64,000 bases of DNA, taken from contig CAVVVD010000007.1 in the NCBI GenBank assembly GCA_963751645.1, forward strand, positions 12,330 through 76,329. The letters run 5' to 3'. A program made the translations under genes and the position numbers. The stretch comes from Methanomassiliicoccaceae archaeon. Its GTDB lineage: Archaea; Thermoplasmatota; Thermoplasmata; Methanomassiliicoccales; UBA472. Shown piece after piece: positions 20,445 through 29,640 of the stretch (positions within the stretch are counted from its first letter, which is position 1; each line of letters opens with the position of its first letter). The notes under the pieces are model-generated. The model did not search any database and was not told the DNA's origin. It saw only the letters and a program-made list of their open reading frames with translations.

Positions 20445-21833
20445 CTATGTCACATAGAACCTGGGATTGGTCTTGTACATGTGGAAGAGATAGACCGCGA
20501 ACCCAGTGAGCTGTTCGATATACCGCTCCTCCCCCTCTACAGGACCGAGGTGAACGATGGCCTGAGCCCGGTCAGGTCCGCTCATATCCTTCACCATCAC
20601 CACTGGCCGGGAATCGTTGCCGTCCTTGTCCTTACCGAACATCAGGATATCGACACTACGGAAGTCCGACCTCATGACGCCGTAACGACCACCGTTTTGG
20701 ACCCTCGCTCCGCTGGTATAGTGAAAGATGGCCCCATCCGAGAACTTTATCGTTCCGGCCTCCTCTTTGAAAGAGCATGTCCTATCGTCAACATTCAGGC
20801 ACTCGAAGGCCATGGAGTTTAAGGAGCCCTTCTTCGTTTTGGCGCGGTACTGGAACTGCCCTTTCTGGGATAAGTAGGTCCTGGAACCCAAGGTTCGGTA
20901 GGAGTAAAGTAAGATGGCGATGAACACCACTGGCAAGAAAAGTAGCTGAAGCGGGAACGAGCCTGCCGCCGACCAAGAGAGGTACAATATGATGGAGAAC
21001 ATGAAAGCCAGGATGACCCCGGTGTAGACCAACTGACGGTTCACCCCGATGCCTTTGGCCGGGGTGAAGGTGGCCAATGTGCGACCATCCTCGTTGGAGG
21101 TCAGTTCCCAGGATGGATTCAGCCTTCCGACCTGTGACAAGTGGGCCTCGGACATGCTGGACGGGAGGTCCTTGCTTATCGTTTCGATCTGCTTGAGGGC
21201 GCGATCGCTGATGGAATCGATGCACTCGTCCTCCACCCTCTGGTCACAGATGTGCAAGGCGGACTCGATCGTTCTTTCTAGATACTGGGCATTTTCAAAG
21301 GAGTCGATGTTGTGGACGAGTTTAACTTTCTTGCCGTCCTTTAGCCGGATCAACAGGGTGTGTAGCTCGGTGATCTCACCCGAGGACGACCGCTCCTGGA
21401 CCGCCTCCTTTATGTAGACCTGGTCAACCTCGGAGGCACTGTATTCCCTTTGACCGAACCAAGGCAAAGGATGATGATAGACGATTAATTTGCCTCCTTG
21501 GATATCTAAGGTGGTCCAGTTGATCAGACCGGCCAGGCTCCAGTAGAGGATTAGAATCCCTCCCACCAAGAAGGGTATGGGGAACAGGATTGTCCAGGAA
21601 ACCTCACCCGAGGTAATGGCGTCTGACAACAGCAGGAACATGACGAACAGGAACGGCAAGGTCCAGATCAGCATGAAGACAAAGAGGAAGATATTGGAAC
21701 GGCGATACCAACGATAGGAGATATTCAGTCCGTAGGGGGAGCGGTGCAGCTCGAAGTTCTTGGACCTGATCGAGCCATCCCGCCCAAAGTCATCGCTGGT
21801 TTGCCCCTCCAATGTACTTCCCCATTCAATCAT
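20445..21833 (-). CDS. membrane protein of unknown function (two pairs of TM helices separated by soluble domains)
   Basis: 462-aa ORF with hydrophobic pairs at about aa 48-110 and about aa 265-320. No family recognised. Confidence 0.5.
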   Translation of the reverse strand: MIEWGSTLEGQTSDDFGRDGSIRSKNFELHRSPYGLNISYRWYRRSNIFLFVFMLIWTLPFLFVMFLLLSDAITSGEVSWTILFPIPFLVGGILILYWSLAGLINWTTLDIQGGKLIVYHHPLPWFGQREYSASEVDQVYIKEAVQERSSSGEITELHTLLIRLKDGKKVKLVHNIDSFENAQYLERTIESALHICDQRVEDECIDSISDRALKQIETISKDLPSSMSEAHLSQVGRLNPSWELTSNEDGRTLATFTPAKGIGVNRQLVYTGVILAFMFSIILYLSWSAAGSFPLQLLFLPVVFIAILLYSYRTLGSRTYLSQKGQFQYRAKTKKGSLNSMAFECLNVDDRTCSFKEEAGTIKFSDGAIFHYTSGARVQNGGRYGVMRSDFRSVDILMFGKDKDGNDSRPVVMVKDMSGPDRAQAIVHLGPVEGEERYIEQLTGFAVYLFHMYKTNPRFYVT

Positions 21834-21997
21834 TATCTTATGATTAATTAAAAATTATGCTGGCATGATTGACAATCGTACAAGTTCAAGGGATTGATGA
21901 CCTTATAAGGATAAGTGATAGTTCGCTCAAGAGGTCGGACGACGAAATGTAGTTTTGATATGGTTCAAGTGGACCGTCGAGGAGTCCCTTAAATATG

Positions 21998-22010
21998 GGT
22001 ATATAAATTA
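21998..22010 (+). promoter_or_regulatory. TATA box of the tbp gene
   Basis: 'GGTATATAAATTA'. The conserved TBP N-terminus opens at 22030, about 25 nt downstream. Confidence 0.5.
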
Positions 22011-22053
22011 GCCTTAGGAAGGTGTTCCTATTTCCAAATTCAAGATAGAGAAC

Positions 22054-22578
22054 GTGGTGGCCTCAACCTCATTGGGGATCGAGTTGGATTTGCCTGCATT
22101 GGCGATTTCGTTGGACGGGTCCGAATACGAGCCGGAGCAGTTCCCTGGCCTGATCTACAGGATGAAGGAACCGAAGACCGCCACCCTGCTCTTCCGCAGT
22201 GGCAAGGTCGTATGCACTGGGGCCAAGAGCTTGGACCAGGTGAAGATGGCCATCGAGAACGTGGTCAAGCAGATCGAGAAGGCCGGCATACGCATCAAGA
22301 CCGAGCCCAAGATCGAGGTGCAGAACATCGTCGCCTCCTCCGACCTGGGACAGAAGATCAACCTGAACGCCATAGCCATCACGCTCGGACTGGAGCGCGT
22401 AGAGTACGAGCCAGAGCAATTCCCTGGCCTCGTTTACCGGTTAGACGTTCCGAAGGTAGTGCTCTTGCTGTTCGGCTCGGGAAAGCTGGTCTGCACCGGC
22501 GCCAGGAAACCGCACGACGTCGAGGAGGCGGTGGACAAGATCACCGCGGAGCTCCAGGCGGCCGGACAATTGCGCTAA
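22054..22578 (+). CDS. tbp: TATA-box-binding protein
   Basis: Two direct repeats, each with 'EYEPEQFPGL(I/V)YR' and 'SGK(V/L)VCTGA'. The conserved 'KIENVVAS' begins upstream of the GTG at 22054 in an open frame (22030-22053) that has no canonical start codon. Confidence 0.9.
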   Translation: MVASTSLGIELDLPALAISLDGSEYEPEQFPGLIYRMKEPKTATLLFRSGKVVCTGAKSLDQVKMAIENVVKQIEKAGIRIKTEPKIEVQNIVASSDLGQKINLNAIAITLGLERVEYEPEQFPGLVYRLDVPKVVLLLFGSGKLVCTGARKPHDVEEAVDKITAELQAAGQLR

Positions 22579-22599
22579 GAAACATCATATGGATACACT

Positions 22600-22640
22600 G
22601 GTCGGTCTTGAATCGACCTCACCTTCTTTTCCCTTTTTTT
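22600..22640 (+). terminator. hairpin plus T-rich tract downstream of tbp
   Basis: GGTCG-N9-CGACC (22600-22618) followed by 'TTCTTTTCCCTTTTTTT' (T7 at 22634-22640). Confidence 0.45.
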
Positions 22641-22914
22641 CAATCTAAAATAAATGAATAAGAAAAAGAATATCAGGGGAAGGCGTATCTGGAACCTACC
22701 ATCGGGGGCAGCAACCCTTAGCTGGCCTCTATGTCCTTCTTATTCTCCGGTTCCTGGAGCAGCTCCTTGACGCGCAGTTTGTACCTCGCGTGCTGGGAGT
22801 ATAGACCAAGCAGAATATTCCGCAGGCGGGCAGGTCCTTAGGCAGGACGAGCTGGGTTCCTTATACTCCAGCCCATAGAAAAGCCAGGACCTCCCAGCAA
22901 CAGGTTGCCAGTCC

Positions 22915-23238
22915 CTATGAATCAGCCTCCCCGGTCCTCACTTTTATGGCCTTCATCACCGGGAGTACAAAGATCTTACCGTCCCCGACCTCTCCCGTTC
23001 TGGCGGACTTACAGATGGTCTCGATCACCTTCTCCACCATTAAGTCCTTGACCACGACCTCTATCTTCACCTTTGGAAGCATATCCACACGGTATTTGCC
23101 AGCTCTATGTGTGAACTCCAGACCTTTCTGCTCTCCCCGTCCATGGACCTCGGAGACGGTCAGGCCATGAACGCCGATCTCCTCCAGGGCGGCCTTCACG
23201 GACCCGAGGCGTTCCGGACGGATCACTGCGACTATCAT
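22915..23238 (-). CDS. glnK: nitrogen regulatory protein PII (GlnK)
   Basis: 'MIVAVIRPERL...GLTVSEVHGRGEQKG...KIEVVV...GDGKIFV'. ATG at 23238, 5 nt after the amt stop. Confidence 0.9.
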   Translation of the reverse strand: MIVAVIRPERLGSVKAALEEIGVHGLTVSEVHGRGEQKGLEFTHRAGKYRVDMLPKVKIEVVVKDLMVEKVIETICKSARTGEVGDGKIFVLPVMKAIKVRTGEADS

Positions 23239-23243
23239 CTGCA

Positions 23244-24494
23244 CTAGAACAGCCCCCCGTAGGCGGACTCGCCGTGCTGGGTGATGTCCGCGCCAATCCG
23301 TTCCTCCTCCTTTGTCATACGAATGACCATGACCTTCTTCAAGATGTACAGGATTGCGAAGCTCACCCCGAAGGCGAATGCGGCGACGACGGCCGCCGCC
23401 ACGATCTGATCGCTCAGAAGGTCGAACCCACCGCCATAGGCCAGTCCCTTTCGTGAGCTTGCGAGTGTCCCGGTGCAGAATATTCCGGTGGCGATGACCC
23501 CCCAGATGCCCCCGACCCCGTGTACGCCGAAGACGTCCAGGGTATCATCATAGTTGAACTTCTTCTTGAGCAGGATCCCACCGTAACAGAACACCCCAGC
23601 GCCAAGGCCGATGGCTATGGCGCCGGAGACGTCGACGAAGCCAGCAGCGGGCGTTATGGCGGCCAGACCGGCGATGGCCCCGGTGATGAGACCTAGCACG
23701 CCAGGTCTGCCCTGATGGAAATAGCTGATAGCCCCCCAGGTGATGGCTGCGGTGGCCGCGGACACCTGGCTGACCACCACCGCGTTGGCGGCAATTCCAT
23801 CGGCGGCGAGGGCGCTGCCTCCGTTGAAGCCGAACCAACCGATCCAGAGCAATGCACCGCCCAACACGACGAACGGGACATTATGGGGGACGTCAGGACA
23901 GCAATTGGCCAAGGATAGGCGCTTGCCGAGCACTATCACTGCAGCTAGCACCGAGACGCCCGCGGTTATATGGATGACGATGCCCCCGGCGAAATCGATG
24001 GCGCCAAGCTGGGCGAGCCAGCCGTTGCCCCATACCCAATGTGCCACCGGTAGGTAGACTACAAAGGTCCAGATGAACAGGAATATGATCAAAGCCTTCA
24101 GCTTCATCCGCTCAGCCACGCCACCGATGATCAATGCGACGGCGATGATGGCGAACATGCCCTGGAACATCATGAAGGCGAGGCCGGGAATCCCGGTGGC
24201 ACCGTAATAGCTACCGTCCGCAGTTGAGAGAGGCTCGGTACCGACCCCATTGAGCATCAGCCATTCCAGGTCCCCTATGTAGGGTTGTCCCCAACCTCCG
24301 AAGGCCAGGGAGAAGCCCACCGTAACCCATATCAGCGTAACCATCCCGATGATGATTATGCTCTGTCCCAGGACAGAGAGCATGTTCTTCTTGCCTAAAA
24401 GTCCCCCATAGAAGAAGCCGACCGCGGGGGTCATTATGAAGACCAGAGCGGTGGAGATCAATACCCAAGCTGTATTGCCATATTCGATTGCCAT
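23244..24494 (-). CDS. amt: ammonium transporter (Amt family)
   Basis: 416 aa, 11-12 TM segments. 'DFAGGIVIHITAG' and 'DVFGVHGVGGIWG' are Amt signatures. Forms an operon with glnK. Confidence 0.95.
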   Translation of the reverse strand: MAIEYGNTAWVLISTALVFIMTPAVGFFYGGLLGKKNMLSVLGQSIIIIGMVTLIWVTVGFSLAFGGWGQPYIGDLEWLMLNGVGTEPLSTADGSYYGATGIPGLAFMMFQGMFAIIAVALIIGGVAERMKLKALIIFLFIWTFVVYLPVAHWVWGNGWLAQLGAIDFAGGIVIHITAGVSVLAAVIVLGKRLSLANCCPDVPHNVPFVVLGGALLWIGWFGFNGGSALAADGIAANAVVVSQVSAATAAITWGAISYFHQGRPGVLGLITGAIAGLAAITPAAGFVDVSGAIAIGLGAGVFCYGGILLKKKFNYDDTLDVFGVHGVGGIWGVIATGIFCTGTLASSRKGLAYGGGFDLLSDQIVAAAVVAAFAFGVSFAILYILKKVMVIRMTKEEERIGADITQHGESAYGGLF

Positions 24495-24600
24495 TCTTAC
24501 ACCTCATTCCTTCATTTTTGATCGTTTTTGGAAAGGGGGCGATGCTGCGTCTCATAGAGGATAAGAACGCTTTCTCCGGCCCATCGTGCCCAATCGGTCC

Positions 24601-24630
24601 ATCGATTTCACGGTACGATGAAACATCGAT
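24601..24630. promoter_or_regulatory. imperfect inverted repeat (candidate operator) in the amt-glnK upstream region
   Basis: ATCGATTTCA (24601-24610) and TGAAACATCGAT (24619-24630). These lie immediately gene-proximal to a minus-strand TATA-like 'GTATAATTATCAT' (24641-24653). Confidence 0.25.
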
Positions 24631-24927
24631 AGACAAATGTATGATAATTATACGTTATTGATGAGACAAATACACATTTATTGATAAATTATTAGATAAA
24701 TGAATAGTAACTATCTAAGAGAGCTGAATAATTAACAAATATTCTCATCGTTTCAGACCTCGATCTTCCTTGCGAACTACCGATAGGATATCCATATGAT
24801 CATGTCGAATTATGTTAAACCCCGTTGATCTTGAGATTCATGATAAACTACCCTTCCAAATCTCCATCGGAAGTTTGGTAGAATAATTAAACATCCTCCA
24901 TCCATTAGTACCGTTAAGGTTGTCGTC

Positions 24928-25957
24928 ATGGACGAGATGGAGAGATTGATGACCGTTCTCCGGCGCGGGGAGGTCGACCGGGTGCCGGTGGTGAGTCCTC
25001 TGCAGACGGCCACCCTTGGACTGATGGAGGAGACAGGGACCTATTGGCCGGACGCGCACCTACAACCGGAGAAGATGGCCAGACTTGCCCTGGCCGCACC
25101 TAGGCTGCTGGGGTTCGAGAACGTGCGAGTGCCCTTCGAGACGTCCGGTGATGCCTCAGCTTTCGATATGGAGGTCGTGCACCGGAGCCTGAGGCGACAA
25201 CCGGGCATCATCGGGAAGAGGATCATGAGCGCCGAAGGGTTCGCCGACGTGGACATGCCCGACCCCCATAAGGACGGACTGATACCGGTCGAGCTGGAGG
25301 CCATCCGTACCATCAAACGGGAGAGGCCGGACCTCCCCCTCATCTGCGGCATTTGCTCCCCGCATATGCTGGCATTGCAATTGTTGGGCTGTCGGGAGGC
25401 CAATCGTCTGATGACCGAGGACACCATCCTCTTCTCGGCGACACTGCACAAGGCCAAGGCCTGGGTCGTCACGCATGCGCTAGCGGCCGTAGATGCGGGA
25501 GCGGACGCGATCTGCATAATCGACCCTTTGGCCTGCGAGGGGGTATGGAACACCTACCAGTACCAGGTCCACGCGTTGCCCTTCCTTCGTCACGTCTGCA
25601 ACGAGGTCGAGAAGGTCGGGACACCGGTCATCCTGCATAGTTGCGGGGACGTCACCATGAACCTGCCCCAGATGTCAAGGACCGGTGCCAACGCCATCAG
25701 CTTGGACTACGAGGTGGACATCTCCCTTGCCAAAGGGTGCGGTGGAGGGGCGGTGCGCTATAATGGGCAACCTCAGCCCTACCGCGCTACTTCTCAGGGG
25801 ACCGGTCGACGAGATAGAGCGAACGGTCCGGTCGTGCATCGACGCTGGAGTGGACGCCATCGCGCCAGGATGCGGTCTGGCCATCGAGACGCCTACCGCT
25901 CACATAAGGGCCATGGTGGAAGCTACCAAGGCATACGGAATAAAGCGTCATGGCTGA
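24928..25957 (+). pseudogene. second URO-D-family (MtaA/MtbA-like) methyltransferase, one frame break
   Basis: ORF 24928..25980 matches the family up to 'AISLDYEVDISLAKG'. The conserved C-terminus 'AVEGRCAIMGNLSPTALLLRGP...IAPGCGLAIETP' continues in ORF 25685..25957. The junction is at the GGG run 25735-25737. Confidence 0.7.
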
Positions 25958-25995
25958 GGTGGTCACATCAGCTTCCTTGAAAGGGCCAACCGCGA

Positions 25996-26769
25996 ATGCT
26001 GGGCATAATCGGCTGTCAGGTTCTTGAGGACGCCATCGTGCGGACCATCGCCGATGACGATGATGTCAGGACCGTGCTTGTAGTGAACACCGGGGTCGCC
26101 TCGAGCCTATGTGAGAAGTTGATCAAGGCGGCACCTGACAAGAAGGTCCTGATGGTAGAGAACGACCGCATCCCGAGCATCAAGGTCGAGGGGTTCGCCG
26201 TCCTGGTACGTCTCATGCCCATATCCCTTCACCAGATCCCTATAGAGCTGAGGGAGACCGTGATCGCTGAGGCATTGAAGATGGAGATGCGTTGCAAGGT
26301 CATCCTCCTCTTCTATGGGATGTGCGGGGACGCCTTCAAGAACTTCGACTTCGTGATCAACAGGTTGAACGGCCCCACGGTTATCCTTCGAGATAGGAAG
26401 GAGGAGATAGTCGACGATTGCATCGGGGCGGAGCTGGGAGGCACTGAGGAGTACCTTCGGTTCCTGCTCACGACGAAACGTGGCTTTCCGATGAACTCCA
26501 TGTGGGCGGCGAACTGGCGCCATTTCATGCAGGAGACCCAGCTGCTCGGACCGGAGAGCGACCTGGACGAAGCCAGGTTCGTGTTCACTTGCATGGACTA
26601 CGGCAATGCGGTGAAGCTGGAGAGCGGGACCGCCGATGACGAGGATTACGAGCGCGATATACGCATCTTCGCGGACGTCTTCAATTTCGTTGTGATCCGC
26701 GTCCCCGGGTCGCTGGGCGTCTTCAAGGATTCTTATCGTAAGGCGAAGGATATCATCTTCGAAAGCTGA
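25996..26769 (+). CDS. DUF1638 protein (commonly linked to corrinoid methyltransferase genes)
   Basis: 257 aa. 'ILLFYGMCGDAF' and the overall layout resemble DUF1638. It sits immediately downstream of the MtaA-like gene. Confidence 0.55.
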   Translation: MLGIIGCQVLEDAIVRTIADDDDVRTVLVVNTGVASSLCEKLIKAAPDKKVLMVENDRIPSIKVEGFAVLVRLMPISLHQIPIELRETVIAEALKMEMRCKVILLFYGMCGDAFKNFDFVINRLNGPTVILRDRKEEIVDDCIGAELGGTEEYLRFLLTTKRGFPMNSMWAANWRHFMQETQLLGPESDLDEARFVFTCMDYGNAVKLESGTADDEDYERDIRIFADVFNFVVIRVPGSLGVFKDSYRKAKDIIFES

Positions 26770-26777
26770 GTGACATC

Positions 26778-27359
26778 CTATCGTGATCGATGGGATTGGA
26801 CTTGGTCACTGACTGAGTCCCTACCGATCTCATAGGCCCGGTCCATCTGCCCCTGCTTGTCCCTGACCTCCCCCTTTCTTGTCACCCCAGGGACCAGCAA
26901 TGTAGCGAAGAGGTCCATCTCCAGGTAGCTCAAGCTCCTCTCGAACATATCCATCAGTGGGTCGGCAGTTCCCAGGTCACCGTCCTCGAAGGGAACGGCA
27001 AGTATCACGTGCTTGCCTCTGACCATTGGTCGCGTCTCGGGGCTGTTGAAGAATACGAATCGATCGATGCACCCCTTCATCATCGCGGAGGGACCGAACC
27101 AGTAAACCGGTGTTCCTAGGACAATGACGTCACTCTCGGAGATCTTGTCGTATATCTCGACCATGTCGTCCTGCCATCTGCATCTTTTTTCCTTCCAACA
27201 GCGGTGGCAACCATCGCACTGCTCGATCACAAGTTCATCTAAATGGACAAATTCGGTCTCCGCACCGACGGACCGCGCCCCCTCGAGGATCCTATTTACC
27301 AAGATATCGGTGTTGCCGTTCCGACGCGGACTGCCAATTATTCCGAAGACTTTTTTCAT
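26778..27359 (-). CDS. NADPH-dependent FMN reductase / iron-sulfur flavoprotein-like
   Basis: ATG at 27359. 'KKVFGIIGSPRRNGNT', Cys cluster 'CDGCHRCWKEKRC', 'VIVLGTPVYW'. Confidence 0.7.
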   Translation of the reverse strand: MKKVFGIIGSPRRNGNTDILVNRILEGARSVGAETEFVHLDELVIEQCDGCHRCWKEKRCRWQDDMVEIYDKISESDVIVLGTPVYWFGPSAMMKGCIDRFVFFNSPETRPMVRGKHVILAVPFEDGDLGTADPLMDMFERSLSYLEMDLFATLLVPGVTRKGEVRDKQGQMDRAYEIGRDSVSDQVQSHRSR

Positions 27360-27469
27360 GATATTCCTTCCGTTTGATGGCGGGCATTGACCGGATATCA
27401 GCCTAAGCCCGCTGGACAAATATATTTATCTTCATATGATTAAGTGTTGTTCACCATGGAGAGGGTTGA

Positions 27470-28039
27470 ATGAATCGTAATGTCCTGATGGTGGTCGTAG
27501 TGATAGTGGTGGCCGCCATCATAGGGACCGCCTACATCATCCTGGGACAGTCTGACGATGGGGGCGAGAACGGGACCTATCAGACCGGGGATTATGTTGA
27601 ATGGACCTGGTCCATGGCAACGGAAGGGAACATCTCAGTGAAAAGCATCTATTCGATCCAACGTCACACCATAGTTGAGATCGAAAATGATGTGATGACG
27701 ATAAATCAGACATTCATGAACCAGACGAGGACCGTCCAATATTATAACGAGACCTCCCTACCTTCCAACTCAACAGCCTTCGGTTCTTACACGACCCTCA
27801 GCCTTGGCATCCCGTCAGGATACAATGTGACAGCCATCGGGACAGAGTTCCTTCCCACCAAGTGGGGGAACGTCACGGTCGACCACTACCAATGGACCTA
27901 CCTTGGCGCGGAGGATCTGGTCACGATAGACGTCTGGGTCAAGGGCAACATCTTCATGAAGATGGTGCAAAACGGGACCGATTATGATATGATCATCGAG
28001 CTGACAGACAGTAACCATATGCTGGTCGCGGATGTATAG
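27470..28039 (+). CDS. N-terminally anchored extracellular protein, sequon-rich (hypothetical)
   Basis: N-terminal TM 'VLMVVVVIVVAAIIGTAYIIL' and at least 7 N-x-S/T sequons. Confidence 0.45.
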   Translation: MNRNVLMVVVVIVVAAIIGTAYIILGQSDDGGENGTYQTGDYVEWTWSMATEGNISVKSIYSIQRHTIVEIENDVMTINQTFMNQTRTVQYYNETSLPSNSTAFGSYTTLSLGIPSGYNVTAIGTEFLPTKWGNVTVDHYQWTYLGAEDLVTIDVWVKGNIFMKMVQNGTDYDMIIELTDSNHMLVADV

Positions 28040-28102
28040 GAAACTCTTCAGATCCCGTCATTTTTTCACCGTTGGCTCCCTTCGATCGGAATTGGTGATG
28101 TC

Positions 28103-29107
28103 TTAGATGTCGCTCTTCGACAAGGCCAATAGGGCTTCCAACGTGACGAACCGGCTCTCCTCCCCCTTGCGCTCCAGTTTGACCAGGTACTTATCGGAGG
28201 AACGAGAACCTCCCTGCAGCCATCTGCCATTCTCATTCCTCCTGGATCGGATGAATCGAACGGCCTCGTCCATGCGCGAGTCCCTGACCCCCGAATCCAT
28301 GAGCACCCTGACGATCTCCAGTAGGTCCGTGTCGTACATGTGGGGATAACCAAGATAGAACCATTCCTTCCTGGCGGTGCCCCTCAAACCGTTGCCATCG
28401 CCATATAGGCATTGCTCTATCAAGAACTCACTACCTCTTCGCATAGACCGTTTGACGTCCTCGGTCCGTTGATGAATCGACAGCGAGCTTAAAGCTTTGA
28501 GCGATTTCACCGCACCGGAGCGGCAATCGCGGGGACTCCAGCATCTTTCGAACCTGTACGGCCAGTCCTTGCCGGGAGGGGGTTGTGTCGCGAATCGTTG
28601 ATACTTGGCGATCCAGGACATCGCCTTCATGACCCTCTCATCATCGCCATATCCAAGACGGACCAAACAGTATGCCATGTTGGCCGTGAGGCATGGCATC
28701 ACCCCACCAGGAGTCCCCCCTTTGAACTCGTCCCCTCTATCCGAGAACCCCCCGCTCTCTCGGTGCTGAGAATTGTTTAGAATGAACTCGCACGCGTTCT
28801 TGACCCGCGGGTCCTCAGAATCGGCACGCAGCTCTGCCAACAATATGATGTTCCATACCGTTCCCTTGTACTTGAACCGATAGAATCGATCCGGCTCGCC
28901 CCAGAACCCTCCCGGTCTCTGCCTTTCCAAAATCTTGGGGACCGGGCCTGTGGATATGATGGCCTCCCTGGCGGCCTGGACCTCCCTCTCCTCTTCGCCC
29001 ATTCCGAGCAGCTCGGTCATGGTCCGGTAGCGGACGGTGGGGTTTTCTGGCGACATAAGCCATTCTAGGTCCTTCTCCTTGAACAGATGCCCAACCTCGA
29101 ACATCAT
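28103..29107 (-). CDS. prenyltransferase/squalene-cyclase-like alpha/alpha-toroid repeat protein (hypothetical)
   Basis: ATG at 29107. Repeated 'GGFW/GGFS...W.T..A' style helical hairpins ('QRPGGFWGEP', 'RESGGFSDRG', 'ENGRWLQGG'). Confidence 0.4.
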   Translation of the reverse strand: MMFEVGHLFKEKDLEWLMSPENPTVRYRTMTELLGMGEEEREVQAAREAIISTGPVPKILERQRPGGFWGEPDRFYRFKYKGTVWNIILLAELRADSEDPRVKNACEFILNNSQHRESGGFSDRGDEFKGGTPGGVMPCLTANMAYCLVRLGYGDDERVMKAMSWIAKYQRFATQPPPGKDWPYRFERCWSPRDCRSGAVKSLKALSSLSIHQRTEDVKRSMRRGSEFLIEQCLYGDGNGLRGTARKEWFYLGYPHMYDTDLLEIVRVLMDSGVRDSRMDEAVRFIRSRRNENGRWLQGGSRSSDKYLVKLERKGEESRFVTLEALLALSKSDI

Positions 29108-29251
29108 ATCTTGATGGTCGAAATAGATATTTGATTGCCATGTTCCAATGTGGGGAGGGTAGGTGTAGGCCGTAGCTGATCGGCAACCCGTTGGTCCGTA
29201 TCCGAAAAAGATATGCCTTCTGAGCCCCAAGAGCACATAGGAGTTGGGCAA

Positions 29252-29536
29252 ATGGCGAAATACGTTGTTTTGTCGAGATTGACGGCAGAGGGAAGGGAGA
29301 CCCTAAAGATCAAGCCGGAGCGCCTGAGGGAAGTGAACGAGGAGATCGAGAAGATGGGGGCGAAAGTGGTGCTCCAGTACGCCCTTCTGGGCAAGTACGA
29401 TTTCCTGAACATACTGGAGGCACCGGACAATGAGACCGTGCTGAGGGTCATGGTGGAGCTCGGGGCCAGAGGGACCTTGGAGACGGTCACCATGCCGGCG
29501 ATGCCAGTGGAGGAGTTCCTCAGTGCATTAAGATAA
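29252..29536 (+). CDS. GYD domain protein
   Basis: ATG at 29252. 'MAKYVVLSRLTAEG...LGKYDFLNILEAPDNETV...LGARGTLETVT'. Confidence 0.6.
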   Translation: MAKYVVLSRLTAEGRETLKIKPERLREVNEEIEKMGAKVVLQYALLGKYDFLNILEAPDNETVLRVMVELGARGTLETVTMPAMPVEEFLSALR

Positions 29537-29640
29537 AAGTGGATCTAACTTCGTTGGGCTACGAGCACTTGTATCAGTCTGCTAGCTGTCTCTTTCTTCG
29601 ATGCCCATGCGCTGCTCTGAATTTCAAATCGTGAAGAGCA

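Noticed and set aside
21885-21960. Box C/D sRNA upstream of tbp (TGATGA at about 21893)
   Set aside because: No D box (CTGA) or C'/D' arrangement occurs at the required spacing, and there is no terminal stem.
24495-24660. NrpR-type nitrogen operator (GGAA-N6-TTCC) upstream of amt
   Set aside because: The consensus is not present on either strand. Only an unrelated ATCGAT-containing inverted repeat was found, which is reported separately.
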